Position numbers and translations under genes: made by a program. Positions 49,582 to 59,773 of a stretch of DNA of 64,000 nt are shown here, piece by piece. The DNA is taken from NCBI GenBank assembly GCA_965649825.1, contig OZ287713.1, forward strand, positions 303,587 to 367,586, read 5' to 3'. Positions within the stretch are counted from its first letter, which is position 1; the number at the start of each line of letters is the position of its first letter. The notes below the pieces were generated by a model. It saw only the letters and a list, made by a program, of their open reading frames with translations. It was not told where the DNA came from and made no database searches. This DNA comes from Penicillus capitatus. Its lineage: Eukaryota > Plantae > Chlorophyta.

Positions 49582-51632
49582 ATGCAGTCCCTACCGAAAT
49601 TTTACACTTCGAAGAACCCGGGGTCGATTCACTGTTTCAGGTATGGAAGCCAAGAAAAGACGTTCGTATCCGAACGTGTCCCGCCGTTTTGTGAAAGGAG
49701 TCGGTCTGTGCGACGGGAACAGAGACAGAGGCCATCATTGAGACCCTTTTGCCGCGGCGGTGGCTCAGCAGGATCGGGTGGAAATGGTGGACGGGGTGGT
49801 GGTGGTGAATGGTTTGAATATGGCGACAGCGATGACTCCTCCCCGCAGAACTTTGATTTCTTGGCGGCGCTGACACTCATTTCTCAACAAGACACACCAA
49901 AGATCGTACACCCCTCGCTTCTTTCGCTGACGGTTATGTGATATGTGGCATTCAGCCGTACTATGTGATTGCAGAAGATAACGGAGGAGAGGCGGCGGGA
50001 GAGAAAGAAGCGGAGGAGGAAAGTGGGATGCCCTATGTAAAACCGGCGCCGAAGCCGAAGCCTATGTCTCTGAGTATTCAGCCCGGAGGGCTCTCCTGGA
50101 TGTTGATGCTTCTGCTCGTTTCTGGCGGATTCTTTCTCTGGAGGAGATCACGAAACCGAAACGCAGCTCCTCGTGCGGTCCACACACGCAAAACCCCACT
50201 TTCTGATCTATTGCCTCACAGAAGAGGAGATCAACGCCGAAGCGATAGTCCAGAGCGTGGTGGAAAACCAGACAGAAGCCCATCTATCACAACGTCCCTT
50301 CTTTCTCTCGCCCAACATTTCTGACTTATTTTTTTCACAGAGGCTGAGCCCGAGACACAAGAGACGGTGCAAGATGCCGAACGACGCGAAGGTAGGGGCC
50401 TCAGCCAATCGGTCGTGCAGGACACCAAGGATGGTACCAGGTGGATGCACTCCAGACTTTGATAAAGATCTCGAGGAGCAGGATGCCTTGTTCGGTACGG
50501 AACGAGACGTCAAGATCGAGAAGCAGCCGTCCGGGATTGAATCGGCAAATCCCTCTGAAGAGTCTCTGCCGCCCAAGACAGAGACGCCCCCAACAGCATC
50601 TGAACCTCCTGCCGCTTCTGCTGTGATCCCTCCACCGCCTCCAGATGTCTTACAGAACGCCAGGGAGACAGAGACGTCGATCGAGGCGTACAATGACGAT
50701 TTGGATCAGAAAGATGCGATGTTTCCAGACGAAAGGATGTCCGAGAAGAAAGAATCCGTTTCAGAGCCTGCCTCTGCCCCAGGCATGTGAGTTTTTCGTT
50801 GGAAGTGGTGAATCATGTGTGACTCTGAAAGGTCCCCTTCTCGTTTCTGTTCTTTTGATTCCAGACACACAGAATCCCAAAATCGTCAGACTGGTGTTCA
50901 AATTCATGGAGACGTCATCAACGAAGGAACTGGAAAAGGAGATGTGTGCCAGGTGACAACATGAATTCCCTCTTCATCTCTGAAAATGATTATCTACATT
51001 GCCATTGTTTTTTGATGGAATGGTGCTTGTTTGCTTGTTTGTTTATGCACGGACAAAAACTCTAGTACTGACTGTTAAAAGTGCTCTCGTGTTGGTGTTA
51101 GATGGGTGTTGTCGCCGACGTCGCAACTTGATGAAGGTTCCAATCAAAGCGCCGCCACAGATTTTAGCGAAGCTCGCTCTCTTAACACAGAAGCACAGGA
51201 GATCGATTCACCTCTTTCCGAAAAGGAAATCGAGGATTACGATTTTGAGAATCTTCCCAAGAAGTATGACCTGATCGAGGAAGATCTGGGACCACCTATT
51301 AAACCAACGGGTACGCTCAGACCCCTGCCTCGGATCGCACGTGCCTGATCCCTGTGATGTGACTGATAGCTGTCGATTTTACCCAGCCGGCTTTGTGGGA
51401 ACTCGAGGCACCGGAAACAAAAACCAAGAGTGCCACAACAGATGAGCGGACACAGACAATGCGATACTTGTTGAGCAACGCCGATTTGATGACCGAAGCG
51501 TTGAAGATGATGGAATCCAGCTCGCATCCGGTCGATACCGCGAAGCTCATACCCGATGTTGGATCGATTGGCGGCGCAACGAAGAAATCGAAAAAGAAGA
51601 AATCAAAGAAAAAGAAATCTGCCGCTGCATAA
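49582..51632 (+). CDS. Hypothetical multi-exon membrane protein (Gly-rich linker, one TM, acidic/Pro-rich region, Lys-rich tail)
   Basis: A chain of ORFs linked by GT-AG-like sites: GGGSAGSGGNGGRGGGG, TM LSWMLMLLLVSGGFFLWRR, and KKSKKKKSKKKKSAAA*. The start and the number of genes are uncertain. Confidence 0.5.
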
Positions 51633-51735
51633 TCCTGCCAACCATCAGTTTTGTTTTCTTATATGCGTGCGATTGTTTATCGTGAGCGAACGAGCGATAA
51701 AGTGTGAGATATATGGATGATAACTCGACATCATC

Positions 51736-52257
51736 TTACACAGTGGGCATTCCGAGACCCCGTTCGTTAAATGTCCCGACGCAGACGATCTCGGAAGGCT
51801 CGACATTCAGATTCAAGATCTTCAATCGAATATCGGTTCCCGCAACGATGCGCATTTCTTTCTCGACCGATTCGAATGCGCCGTCATTATCTGGAACGAA
51901 TGCAAAGGATTCAGGAATGCAGTGAGACCCAACGAAAATTTGCACAGGACCGGCTTCAGCAATAAACCCCGTCGAAAAGACTTCGCGTACGGTGACATCC
52001 AAAATCTGCCCACGGAAAGGACGAAACATGATGCAGTCATAGCGCACATCGAATGTGGCGAGTCCCGTGCCGTCGGGTCGGATCAATCCTTGTCCGACAT
52101 CGCGCAGACGGGTGACGCAGACGCAGTATCCATGCTTTCCGAGACAAACGCCTTCGACCTTCGTCTTGACCGTCGTTTCGATAACAGCGCGCAGCTGAGG
52201 GCCAAAGAACTTCGGATGCACATCAATCGACTTGGACAGCGTCAGGTAATAGAACAT
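51736..52257 (-). CDS. RPB7: RNA polymerase II subunit RPB7 family protein (intronless, divergent)
   Basis: MFYYLTLSKSIDVHPKFFGP...VEGVCLGKHGY...GTGLATFDVRYDCIMFRPFRGQIL...GFIAEAGPVQIFV...IRLKI...VGT. Confidence 0.88.
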   Translation of the reverse strand: MFYYLTLSKSIDVHPKFFGPQLRAVIETTVKTKVEGVCLGKHGYCVCVTRLRDVGQGLIRPDGTGLATFDVRYDCIMFRPFRGQILDVTVREVFSTGFIAEAGPVQIFVGSHCIPESFAFVPDNDGAFESVEKEMRIVAGTDIRLKILNLNVEPSEIVCVGTFNERGLGMPTV

Positions 52258-52311
52258 TATGGCCGAGATGATGGCGCATGTTGCTGCCACAATGAGGCTG
52301 GACGATGATCG

Positions 52312-53442
52312 TCATTCTTCGTTAAGTATAGGCCGCAGGCGTTGCACAGAGGCTCTCCTGAAAATCGATCCTTGCGCCAGAACGGCGTTGTTCGGGTTCC
52401 GCAATTGCGACACGTCTAGAATAGAACCGTCCGCGACGCAAGAGGCGTAACGAAAGCGCACTCGATTTTCAAACTTCGCCCGACGGCCTCTCTTCGACTG
52501 TGTCCGCTTCACGGGCTCTCTGCCTTTACGTTTGAGTTCATCCATGCCGCCAGGAGATGTGCGTGGATCGATGAAAGGTCTTGGCGAGGCAAAGAACGCC
52601 GGCCAATCCAACGGACCGGCAATCTGCCCGTCACTGCCGATGGATGCACTCAAGCCATTGTACAGTCCAGTGAGATAGGCATTCCGCAACGCCGTCTACA
52701 GCAGCACACATATAACAGTATATCTCAGGTGTTGACCATCTACGTGAACAGCGGCTTCGTTGGTGATTAGATGCGATGCATCACCAAAAGTCCCCGGGGG
52801 TGGTGGTGCATCGATGAACTGCACTTCACCGCTATCGGGTAGAAACACACCAACGCTCGAGGCACTTCCATGGATCTCATTCTTTTCATGGTCTCCTGTG
52901 ACGACGGGAGGAGATAGATGACGGTGCCGTACACGAAAGTCTTGGTGTGATGCGAGTGTGGGTGATGGGTTTAGCACAGAGGGTTGTCCAGCGTGATGTA
53001 GTGGAAAACGCATTTCGCTGGACAGCGAAGGTCTTTCCAGCATGACTGCTGGAGCCTCGGTGGTTTCCGGCGCTTCTCGTTTGATGTTTGTGTACTTCAC
53101 CGTGGCGTCTTCCTGTGCGGCACCAAAGTCGACGACTGACAGAGGGTATGTGACTTCGGTCGGCGTTTGGGTTCCAACGCCGTCTGTTTCAACAACCAGC
53201 GCCGCCGTTTCTGTCGTGTTCGTTTCAGGGTTGTAAACACTTAGCGGTATAGCCGTGTCCGTTGCCTGCGAAGCATCCGTCACAATACGGCACGGAATCA
53301 TTCTCTGCGCAGCGGCACGTCTCGCAAATAGTATGACCTGTAACAAAAAGCCAAAGCTAACACGAACGCAGCGGCGACCGCGCTTCCTTGTTCCCAAGAA
53401 ATTCAGATGGCTCCAAAGGACGTACCAGCAGTACGTAACCAT
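52312..53442 (-). CDS. Hypothetical Thr/Pro-rich protein with an N-terminal hydrophobic segment
   Basis: ORFs 52696-53442 and 52312-52689 join in phase through a GT-AG intron (~52696-52752). Confidence 0.55.
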
Positions 53443-53536
53443 CGAAGAAGATCTCGTGATCGTTTTAGTACATTACTAACGATCACTCCAGTCAGCAAAA
53501 AATAAAGAATAAGTGCTCATCAGCAGCGAGATTTGA

Positions 53537-54439
53537 TCAGAGATCACAATCAACCATGGCGTCGTCGACTAACGCCTCCTCCCAGCAACGCGGGGCGACG
53601 CCTGTTCGCTCATGGAGCCACGTTTCGACTGGAGGAAGCACTGTGTTCAAAAAAGGATTCCAGATCCCACTGACAATGCAGTAATTGATGTCAAACGGTG
53701 ACCGGTGATGCCGACCGTGCTCCGTCGTCGATATCAAGATGCCTCTCTCCTGCCAGGATAACACCCACGAAGGTAGATTTCCCTTCTTTGTATGCGACCA
53801 TGCATGAAACTGCTGACTCAATATCACCAACATACATCCCACAGATCCAAAGATCTCCATCCATGAAGGCAGATGTGCCCAAAGCAGGAATGCCGAAAAG
53901 GGCAGTGCAGGAAGACAGATTGTATGGATGTTGTTGCAGAGTTGACGATGCGTGATCGTCCATGGGTAAAGGTGATGTCGCTGAAAGCCATCGATCTGGC
54001 TGCCAAAGACAGGTGTGTTTTTCGTTCCGTAGTTGTCGACGGCCCAATGGTAAACGCCGCTGAGGACATCCGCCGCCAGATAGCCGCCAAACGTCGCGAA
54101 CAGAGCGCCCATCGCTTCATACCAGTTTCCGACGCTGAGGGCGCTACGTCCGAGCAGCCAGAAATTCAGTCCAAAGGTCACGGCCACAATGCATCGCTGC
54201 TTCGAAGTGCTCTCCAACTGCTCGCTGGCCAATTGACGCTCCACCCACGAGACTCCATTCTCTTCGAGCGATCCATCTCCTGCATCAACGCTGTGTGCTG
54301 TTTCGTCGACGGCAGTGCTCGCGTAACGACGGAGCAACGTGCGATGTATCGCCGCGAGCCGTTGTCGGCGAGATAGCGGCTGTGCATTAGCGAATCGAGA
54401 TCCGACCGTCCGGACTTCACAGACGCTGTAACAGGACAT
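53537..54439 (-). CDS. FAD4: Plastid delta-3-trans fatty acid desaturase (FAD4 / TMEM189 family)
   Basis: Transit-like N-terminus; YLAADVLSGVYHWAVDNYG, FQRHHLYPWTIT, SQQFHAWSH and EHGRHHRSPFDINYCIVSGIWN His boxes. Confidence 0.9.
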   Translation of the reverse strand: MSCYSVCEVRTVGSRFANAQPLSRRQRLAAIHRTLLRRYASTAVDETAHSVDAGDGSLEENGVSWVERQLASEQLESTSKQRCIVAVTFGLNFWLLGRSALSVGNWYEAMGALFATFGGYLAADVLSGVYHWAVDNYGTKNTPVFGSQIDGFQRHHLYPWTITHRQLCNNIHTICLPALPFSAFLLWAHLPSWMEIFGSVGCMLVILSQQFHAWSHTKKGNLPSWVLSWQERGILISTTEHGRHHRSPFDINYCIVSGIWNPFLNTVLPPVETWLHERTGVAPRCWEEALVDDAMVDCDL

Positions 54440-55987
54440 CTAATCGTACAATCGATGATGGATCGACATTGCTGAAAACGTGTTGATTGGACCGCAACGG
54501 CAACATGTCTGTCGGTACTGGAACGGGCGCAGCATCGAGAAGCGTCTCCGGCGACGGCGATGAGGTCGTCGAAGTTGGCGCCGATGGCTGAGAGGGAGCA
54601 GCTTTCCATGGATCTTGAACGGCTTTCTGAAACGCCTCCGATGGAACGTAGGCATCGTTCGTGGGGTGATTTTTCGCGTCTTGCCATTCGACAGCGTAGG
54701 ACGGTTCTGTCTCGGCGTCATCATCGTTATCGTCGTCTTCCGTCTCGTCATCGGATCGTTTCCAAAGGGGTCCCCCTGACCCAGATGCCATCATCCACTC
54801 TTCTTCGGCATCGTCTTCGGACGCGAGCGAAGGGTTTTCTGTTTGGACCGATTCTGTCACGTCAGATGAGGGGACAGCCTCGTCGACAGGAAACGCCTTT
54901 TCCGCAACAGATGTCCAAAGGCCACGCCATCCGCTTCCCTCTTCCGATGGCTCTTCCACACTCGCCCTTAGCTTCCCGTCTGCGTGTATGTACCCTTCTT
55001 ACATATAGTCGTGAGCGATCGCAGATGCAGGACCTGTGGATGGCGGCGGTTCTTCCGATGTTGATCGACGACGAAGAAGAAAGGCGACCAGAAGGACGAT
55101 CCCTCCTGCGACGATCGCGGGTGCCGCTCTCTGAATGCGTACACCGTTCAGCTCGATGCGTCGCCCTCCGATGGACGGGATCCGTCGGATGACGTCTCTC
55201 ACTCGGTTCTGCAGTCCCATCCACGTCGTACCCGATGTCGCACTTTCTTGAAGACGTGACAGTTCGAAGGGTCTCTCTGTCGCAGCACCTTCTTCTTCCA
55301 TCTCGATAGCTTCATCCAGCGACGGAGCGTCTCCCTCAGCGACCTCTTCTGAAATCGATGATTCAGCAGGGGCAAGGACCTCGGGTGACGATTTCTCCTC
55401 TTCTGTTGGATTCTCCGTCGTCGTCACACGGCGCCGTCTTTCCTGCTGTTCGTCACGGACCCCGCGGTCGCGTATCTGCCCCGGAACCGCTCTCTTCTCG
55501 ACGACGATTTGTCCTTCGGCCGAATCCGACAGTGCTGGTGCGTCCATGGTCGCCTCTTTGAGCAAACGCAACAACTGGTCATCCGTCGCTTCGTGCACTC
55601 TATCACAGACAGATCAGCCATCCACACACCCAGTCCTCTGTATCTCACCGTTTCTCGTAGTCTTTCATCAACAGACGCTCCAATTGCTGCCTCTCGACCA
55701 TCACTGTACTATCCGCCGCCGTTGCCCTGTATCCCGCACGTGCTGTTTGTCTTCAGACGCATGCAGATGGATGCACGATACTTCTGCCCTGCCGTCGTCG
55801 GTTCTGCCAGATACAGCAGTGCACTGAGGCCCAGTGCCGTGCCAATCGTTGCGACGCGTTTGACAGCGACTCTACATCTCTGTGCGTCGCCGCGTCCCCG
55901 CGTCATCGTCACCTGTTTGCGGCGCAGCTTCGTTCCTGCGCCGTTAAGCGTACTGCGCGTTCGAATCCACGTCCCCGAGAGCGTCAT
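54417..55987 (-). CDS. Hypothetical membrane protein with two hydrophobic segments and acidic regions
   Basis: ATG at 55987. ORFs 55709-55987, 54999-55598 and 54417-54959 are joinable by GT-AG introns. TMs VATIGTALGLSALLYL and IVAGGIVLLVAFLL. Confidence 0.6.
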
Positions 55988-56400
55988 GACACAAGTCTGT
56001 ACGACGCAACATCGACGACGACAACGACGACGTTTTCAACGTTCACTTCGTTCAGTTCACGCCAAAATCGTTTACCTCTTGTCCGCGAGTTGACTTCGTA
56101 TACGCGTCCATCCATTCATCGAAATCGTGCTTCCATCGTGAAGCCTTGCGTCAGCGCCCTGACCACCGCGCCGACGACGGCCACTTTTTGTGCAACAGAC
56201 AAAAACGACGAAGACGACGTCATCATTTTGTGCGTCGACTGAGTCTCGGCGGAGCTAGCTCTCTAAAGTGAAAGTCCACCGTTTGCTTCCGGAACGTTAA
56301 GGTAACGGAACGCGTCGACGCCGCCAAGTACTTGGGCGGCGTACATGCGTTTGTTCGTTCGCCAGGCCCTAAAGCGCGTCTGCTTGTGCGTTGCGTAGGT

Positions 56401-57693
56401 ATGGAGTGCAGTTTGTGTTGCGAGGCTTTCACGGAGGAGGGTGCCCATGTTCCGCGTAATCTCGACTGTGGCCATACCTTCTGCACCGTCTGCATTGAGC
56501 GTCTCGAGACGCATGCGCCATTGCGTCAGGGTCCACGATGCCCAGACTGTCGAGCAGTGATTCGTTTCAACCGACGAACGGTCCCAAACCTGCCGAAGAA
56601 CTACAAGCTATTGGAACTGATAAGGGAACAGCGTGCTGCTGCTGCTGCTCAGCAACACCACCACCACCAGCATTCGCGTCAGCGACACCATCATAACAGC
56701 CACCACCATCATCCGCACGCGCAGCAGCAGTCATCTCAGCAGAAGACGCAACGTATGACGCCTCCTTCCTCGAGCCACAGCTGTGCCTCATCTGCCATGA
56801 CAACCTGTTCGACGGCAGTGGGTCTACCTGTGGTTCCAGCATCGCGCTCGCGTCACGGAATGATGTACGCAACAGCAGCGCCGCCACCGCCGCCAGCCAT
56901 GGGCAGTTACTTAACGCCACCGCTGATCACAGCTCGTCTGGAAGAGTGGATGCCGCTAAGGCCTGTCCCATCTCTCCCCGATGGCCGGTCGATGCGTTTG
57001 GGATCATTCGGTGAAGACGTGCGTCCGACAACGACGACGACAAGGATTGCAACGAGTGCTTCGGAGGAGACGGTCTCCAGGAATCGAACCCCGTCTGTCC
57101 TCCCTCCTGTCCGATCACCCGAAGCACTGCCTGATGTTCCTGAAGCTGTTGAGAGTGGAAGAGCCGTGACGGGGCCAGATGGCAGACTGGTCTGTAAGTT
57201 CTTTCAAGAAGGGACATGCCGTTATGGGCACAGCTGTTGGTTCCACCATCCCGTTCTCAACGAGAATAAATCGATGTGTCGACACTGGATGAAAGGGCAA
57301 TGTCGTATGGGACTGATGTGCAATTTCCGTCATGGGAAGCTTCCGAGTCCTACTCAGCGTTCACCCACACAACAGCGACCGTCACATCAGCAACAGCTGT
57401 CACGTCACCAACACCAATGTCCACTACCGCCACCGCCACCACAACAACGGGACCCTTCTGCACCAGGACCGAGTGGCGAAGGCCCTGTGCAACCTGTTCG
57501 GCGCACGAGTCCGTCTGTTGTCATTTTTGTGACCAGTTGTGGAAGCACTGTCCATCATCCAGCTCCTCAGGCCAGACAGGAGCGTACATGGGGGAATCTG
57601 CCAACTCAAGCAGGAGCTGCTGGGCGGAGCTTCAGTCCAGAATCTGAAAGATTCTTCGACGATTTTAGCAGCAGCTCCTTTCATCAACAGTAA
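56401..57693 (+). CDS. RING-HC E3 ligase with two CCCH zinc fingers and polyQ/polyH tracts
   Basis: CSLC...PRNLDCGHTFCTVC...CPDC RING; CKFFQEGTCRYGHSCWFHH and CRHWMKGQCRMGLMCNFRH. The 3' exon structure is uncertain. Confidence 0.88.
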   Translation: MECSLCCEAFTEEGAHVPRNLDCGHTFCTVCIERLETHAPLRQGPRCPDCRAVIRFNRRTVPNLPKNYKLLELIREQRAAAAAQQHHHHQHSRQRHHHNSHHHHPHAQQQSSQQKTQRMTPPSSSHSCASSAMTTCSTAVGLPVVPASRSRHGMMYATAAPPPPPAMGSYLTPPLITARLEEWMPLRPVPSLPDGRSMRLGSFGEDVRPTTTTTRIATSASEETVSRNRTPSVLPPVRSPEALPDVPEAVESGRAVTGPDGRLVCKFFQEGTCRYGHSCWFHHPVLNENKSMCRHWMKGQCRMGLMCNFRHGKLPSPTQRSPTQQRPSHQQQLSRHQHQCPLPPPPPQQRDPSAPGPSGEGPVQPVRRTSPSVVIFVTSCGSTVHHPAPQARQERTWGNLPTQAGAAGRSFSPESERFFDDFSSSSFHQQ

Positions 57694-58498
57694 TCCCCAC
57701 CCATTCTTTCTCTTTCCATGCATCTTGATGCTGCCTCAGTCGATTGGGTGGGATTGTTATTGATTGATTGATTGTTTCATTGGTCGGTCGAAGAAGAAGA
57801 GGATGAAGAAGAAGAAGTGGCATAGCACAGTTTTCCTTTGGGACCGGGACGACTTCAAATAGCGTGACATCACATAAGCTCTTGGGTCTTTTAGTTTTCA
57901 GCCGATACTGTCAAGAAGATGGATGCAGATTTCTCAAGTATAAAAAACGCACCTGTGTACAGAATCTCTGTATTTTCTTGACTGAGGAGAGATGGACATG
58001 TCGATTCTTTTCTCGGTACGTACGTACGTCGTTTCAAAATCCCAGTTAGCAAGCGTCCGTATGCAGATTAGCTTGCCCATACATACCCATGTTATTTATT
58101 TTTTCTAAGGGAGATGATCCAAAAGATGTGTGTGTCTCTACTGGGGGGACCTGGACTGCACATTCGCTGTCATCCTGGAATTTTGAGAAGCCTTGTGATG
58201 GCAATGCTTTTCCTCAAGCTTTGATGAACATCACCTGCACCGCCGCCGCCGCCGCCGCAATCTGATACCGATGAATAAAGAACCAAAGGAGACAATTGAT
58301 CAAAAAACATACAAACTACGAAGAGAAACAGTTGACATCGATGATCGATCGTTAAGAAACGGATAGACAAGAACTCCACGCATAAAGGCTGCGCGATAAA
58401 ACGCATGCAGACCAAGCGTGGTACCGTGGACATGCACATAATGTAATAGTCGGTCTTTGCCCTTACGATGGACAGACGTCCCATCATCCATCAGCCTT

Positions 58499-59701
58499 TC
58501 AGGCCTCTTTACCGTCGGCTTGACGAAGGGTGCCCAGTTCCCTGGGAGCACTCGTCTGCACGACCATGCTCTTAGCAAGAGCTGTCACATCACCCGTCGC
58601 CGCCAGATCCTTGGCGACCTGTTTCTTGATCCAGTCGTACGTCAATTTCAGTCCATCCTTCAGAGAGACCGTTGGCTCCCAGCCCAGCTTCTCCAGAATG
58701 AGCGAGTTTTCAGAATTCCGTCCTCGGACGCCTTCTGGTCCAGGAATGTGTTTGATCGGCAATGTCTTGCCTTCAAAGCCCATCACCATCTCCATCATCT
58801 CGTTCATGCTCACCATCTCGGTGGTGCCCAGATTCAACGGCTCTCTGAAATCCGATTTCGTGATCCGAATGATCCCCTCGACGCAATCGTCGATAAACGT
58901 AAAGCTCCTTGTCTGTTTGCCATCGCCCCACATCTCGATCTCTTCTGTGCTCGTCAGCACTTTGCGACAGAATGCTGCCGGGGCTTTCTCTCGACCGCCT
59001 TTCCACGTTCCGTGTGGACCATAGATATTATGAAAGCGTGCCACACGGCATTCGATACCAAAATCCATATTGTAGTACTTGCACACCTCCTCCCCTGACA
59101 GCTTCTCCAGTCCATAAGCATCTTGTGGCTGAGCCGGCCAGGCATCGGACTCCTTCAACCCGCCACCTTCAACCGTCGTCTCCATCTGCTTCGTCTCCGG
59201 ATAGCAGCAAGCACTGCCTGCATAGAAATACCTAGACAGGCAACGACATCATGATCCATGTGATGTGACTGTTGGCTGTAGAGACAAATACCTTGAGACA
59301 CCACACTGACGAGCGGCCTCGAGGACGTTAAAGGTAATCATGGTATTGTTGTAGAAGATGACAGAGTGATTGGACTGGATGAAGCCCATGCCACCCATAT
59401 CGGCTGCTAGGTTAAACACATGCTGACACCCCGTGCAGACTGTCTTGCAGTTTTCAAAGACGCGCAGATCCACCAGATGAAATTCATCACAGAATTCGGC
59501 CTCTTCAAAGTGCTCGTTGCGTTTCCAGTCACAGCCAACGATGTAGTGCCCCTCAGACTTGAGGCGTTTGGCCAAGTGCGAGGCAATGAAACCACCGGCG
59601 CCGGTGATGCAGATGCGCAGTTTTTCGGCCGGCCAGTACGGTTCGAAAGGATACGTGGCGAGATCGGAGACCGCATGGTACTCCTTGGCGACGGCAGACA
59701 T
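58499..59701 (-). CDS. GME: GDP-mannose 3,5-epimerase
   Basis: YPFEPYWPAEKLRICITGAGGFIASH, FNLAADMGGMGFIQSNHS, AWPAQPQDAYGLEKL, WKGGREKAPAAFCRK, GPEGVRGRNS. One intron. Confidence 0.97.
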
Positions 59702-59773
59702 AGGGACTGTGATAAGGCGTTTGGCGAATGGGGTTGGTGCGTTCGGGTGCTGCGCGTGACAAAGACCTGACAA

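Noticed and set aside
13879-54439. Lipid gene cluster (wax synthase, DGAT1, FAD4)
   Set aside because: The genes are 15-25 kb apart among unrelated genes, and DGAT1 is only a fragment.
56640-58260. CAG/CAC, GATT, GTAC and CCG microsatellites
   Set aside because: These are ordinary polyQ/polyH coding tracts and UTR simple repeats.
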